Below the pieces are notes generated by a model. The model did no database searches, was not told where the DNA came from, and worked only from the letters and a program-made list of their open reading frames with translations. Shown piece after piece: positions 61,001 to 64,000 of a DNA stretch of 64,000 bases. Both the position numbers and the translations under genes were made by a program. The DNA lies in the NCBI GenBank assembly GCA_003344405.1, contig NOWV01000011.1:496001-560000 (forward strand), read 5' to 3'. Origin of the DNA: Trichoplax sp. H2 (lineage: Eukaryota). Each line of letters opens with the position of its first letter. The stretch's first letter is position 1.

Positions 61001-64000
61001 ATTTTCGAGTACTGGATAAGGTAGCGTAATTAGTTTAAAATTGATCTTTGTTCTATATCGCGGAAGGAGTAAAGTTCATCCACAATTATGATTGACAGAA
61101 GACGATTCGAATAGTTTAATGCTTCTATTTAGAGATGAACCTAATACTCTGGCAAAGTTTTCTCATTTGTATTTCTAATTATGATAGGGAAAGTTAAGAG
61201 AAGGAGTCAAAGAAAAAGTGAAATGGAACGTTAATAGAACATCACCGAGCAATAAACTTCGAGATTTTGTCGATTGGTCGAAAGATATTCGAGAAAACAT
61301 TCGATATCAAGTGAGTAAGATCATTCATAAAAGAGTTACGCACTAAAGAACAAAAACAGTATTCTAGAAGCATGAGAAATACTATATATGCAGTATAATC
61401 TTTTCTTTTCTACTTAGAGAAAGTAAATCATTTATAACGCGGTTACAATGATTTAAGTTTAGCTGGCCTTCTGTAGGGCATGACCAGCTATAAGACATTA
61501 GTTACATACAAGCTCGAAGAATACTGTGATTAGTGTTCGCCCCTAGTTCTTTTTCCAGCTACGGATAACTTATAACATGTTATGAATGAATTACTGATTT
61601 CTGGAATGTATCTTTATCTTTCAGTCAAAAATTTTAAGTAACAGGATTGCAGCCTTTTTTGTTAAGAGAGCGTAAGTATCTGAAATTCACGGATCAATTT
61701 ATAAAGTAAACGAGGTGTCTGGTATTACTACGAAATAATTAGAGAATAGTTTGAGGTTCTGTCCTGGTGGACGTTAAAGTAGTAGCTTGTTATTGTCTCG
61801 ATAGCTGTAGGGCACCGGATAGGTCTTCATTAAGGAAAGAAATTTCCATAATCATTTGTCATGACAACCTTTCATAAAATTTTGATCGCTGTCTCAATAA
61901 CGGCTTTCATTTGCTATTTGCTAATGTAATAGAGATGTAGCGAGTTAATCGATATGTTACGGCTAAAACCCGATCCGGCTATAATGCATAATAGCCAACT
62001 ACAGCCCGAATTAAGAGTACAATCTTCTGAATTTCGAGCTTAAGACGTCTATATAAGAGCCTATAAGTACAATGTTCACCATATCTAAGATTACAGTAAT
62101 ATTCGTCTAGTGTTTATGCAGTTTATCAGATCTGTTCTAGTGAGAATTCAGGAAGAATACTTATCATCATACTTGAAATAACCAATACGGTACCTAAAGT
62201 AAATCTTGGTTAGCTATCCTAACAATTTTCTACCCATTTCATTTGTTACAGAGATATTTTTACACTGGTTTTAAATATATTAACGCTAGCTATTAATATT
62301 CTAATGATTGTGGATTGGAGAGCAGCTGAATTTGGCGTTGCTAATCCGTATGTAGAAATATTATTAATCTCTATTTTATCCAACTAATTATTTCAGAAAT
62401 ACTTCAAACTAGTGTATCGAATCAATTAGCGAAATACTTTTATCATTCATTAAGCGCAATTTAAATCAACATCTCGTAATTAAATTTTATTCTATTCTGT
62501 CTAAACTCTAGTAATGCAACTTTATTTGCAAATCCTATACCCGTGGTTACCTTACCTATCTATAATATATTACTGTTTACGATGGGACCGCTGCATAGTG
62601 TGGCTTGTTTATTCATCATTATAAGCTATTTTCTATCAAATCAACCCAAATTACCTACAATTGATATTTGGGGATCAAGGTGACAAGATATTGCAGTCAA
62701 ATTCTTCACATAACTCAAATATAAATGTTAAACCGTGCAGCTTATTTATTTTTGCTATCTTGGATCATAGGAAAAGAGAACAAGTTAATATTTTTGCCCC
62801 AGCCAAGCGGCAACGAACATCCTATTTAGAGCATAAATTTCTGAGCTTTAAAACCTTTTATTTATTGGTAAATTCATTTATCTACAAATCTATATTTAAA
62901 TAACTTGATATAAGTTAAAGCATTGTATCTAGCATCCTTCACCAGTTAATCAATTGATCTACACCACGTTATATCGATAGTAGAGTGATCCACTTTAAGA
63001 AATTATAGCGTTTACCAGTCCTTTATGAATTGCTAATAATTCACGAGCCAATTCTGATAGTACAGTTGCTAAGAAATACCTAAATTTTTTGCTATTTGAT
63101 CATTGTTTGTTTTAATTAGCTAACCTAAGGTTTCGTTTATGTCATGATGATTAGATATTGCTAGTCTTTTCTATCTTGGGCACTTGTTATCGTGGCTACT
63201 TTTTTGCCTTGCATCTCTTACACACGGTGGCCAACAATAATCTCTTTAGTCGAATTATTAAATCTGTGACATTAAATGGTAAGATTTGTTTATATTTATT
63301 GCATTGATCTTCATTAATTGCCTCCTTAATTCGAATTAAATCATAACTAATAGAGTTATTATTCTAATTATGGAATTGGGTTGTGTAATTGAGAGTTACA
63401 ATTATGATGTTGAAATTATGAAATTTGCCTTAGTAACTAGAATTGGATCATAACAGGGGTAGTGTTTAATAATCTGATTGCTAAATTGGGTCATATAGTT
63501 GAATTAAGAATTTAGTTATCTATAATTTTCCTAATTTAGATTAAATCGTTACGATAGAGCTATTGAAATCAATCTAGCTATTAAGTCGAAACAGGAGAAC
63601 TGGAATTAGCCAATTTTACCAGAAACAGCCTTCTTGATTGAAATTATTTTAACGGATGTACAAAATGATTCATCAGCTGTACTGAGTTCTTTAGTTTAAA
63701 AATGATCAGATTTACTTTTAGTTGTATCCTTAATTAGGATAAACATAGTATAGTATGTAGAATGGATGGTCTACAAGTCCCATTTAATCTTTTACATTAC
63801 GCTCTATTTTATCTTTTAAATCTTAAAATATATTTATCCATATTTTAACTTGACATTTGGCGGTCTACTCATTATTAATACATTTAGCAGTCTACTCTTT
63901 GGTAATCCAGTTAATAGCCCTCAATTAAAATTATTTCATCCTTTCGTTTTAGGGAGATCACTGATCGTTGTCGGCATTTTGGGAGTGATTATGATTTATA
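40055..64000 (+). CDS. Inositol 1,4,5-trisphosphate receptor-family Ca2+ release channel (divergent IP3R-like); about 80 small exons, 3'-truncated by the window inside the transmembrane region
   Basis: N-terminus MAKSVCLGDVVSIYSEE; YGQVVQLKHVFTNKYI; FRVMPRYKVKSEGD; CRLRHMVTRKYL; HRQKLMRNLK; SRKNELYIA; ELIRDNRKI; YLDLLNVLCVCNGRAIPNNQ; NLVRFGYY; LLATCAEGENRFIESICQ; LRVLASMCDGQNTTLQNYLREQ; SIEILREGILQKVHF; IKSVTLNGRSL. These MIR, RIH and TM elements occur in the expected order. Confidence 0.9.
49950..50250. repeat. 108-bp tandem repeat, 3 copies, in an IP3R intron
   Basis: GATAAAATTG...CAAAATAGGAATA...ATACTTGTAAA-like units with anchors at 49984, 50092 and 50200. Confidence 0.8.
55869..55935. 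repeat. 67-nt hairpin (29-bp arms, 28/29 complementary, 9-nt loop) in an IP3R intron
   Basis: TTTGATCGTTTATGAGTCTATATCCAAGC-agtgattga-GCTTGGATACAGACTCATAAACGATCAAA. Confidence 0.9.
56685..57140 (+). repeat. Tandem repeat of about 80-100 bp, 5 copies, each ending in a 3'-splice-site-like sequence; the last copy is the real acceptor of the IP3R exon at 57132
   Basis: Unit: CGTATTTACTTAT...ATTCTATGCCTTTA...CCTAAAC...YAG-A. AGs end at 56776, 56861, 56942, 57034 and 57131. Confidence 0.85.

Overview
Eukaryotic, AT-rich genomic DNA with many short GT-AG introns (mostly about 70-150 nt). It looks like a compact early-branching animal genome; a placozoan such as Trichoplax is my guess, inferred from composition and gene style rather than proven. 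Seven genes can be rebuilt by hand, in order: an intronless KDM6/UTX-type H3K27 demethylase (-), TAF9 (+), a C5orf34-like gene (-), Rab6 (+), RFC4 (-), Ric8 (+), and a very exon-dense, divergent IP3-receptor-family Ca2+ channel (+) that runs off the right end. I found no gene in about 1-7.9 kb. Main unusual signals: (1) (CAGTA)n/(TACTG)n arrays concentrated at housekeeping-gene 5' ends; (2) a 47-bp inverted repeat placed almost symmetrically in the RFC4/Ric8 bidirectional promoter; (3) a tandem duplication in an IP3R intron forming four AG-9nt-GT, frame-preserving microexon-like units; (4) a 67-nt near-perfect intronic hairpin; (5) a U12-type intron in Rab6; (6) the intronless KDM6 among intron-rich neighbours. 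All gene models come from manual reading and recalled protein motifs; no searches were run.
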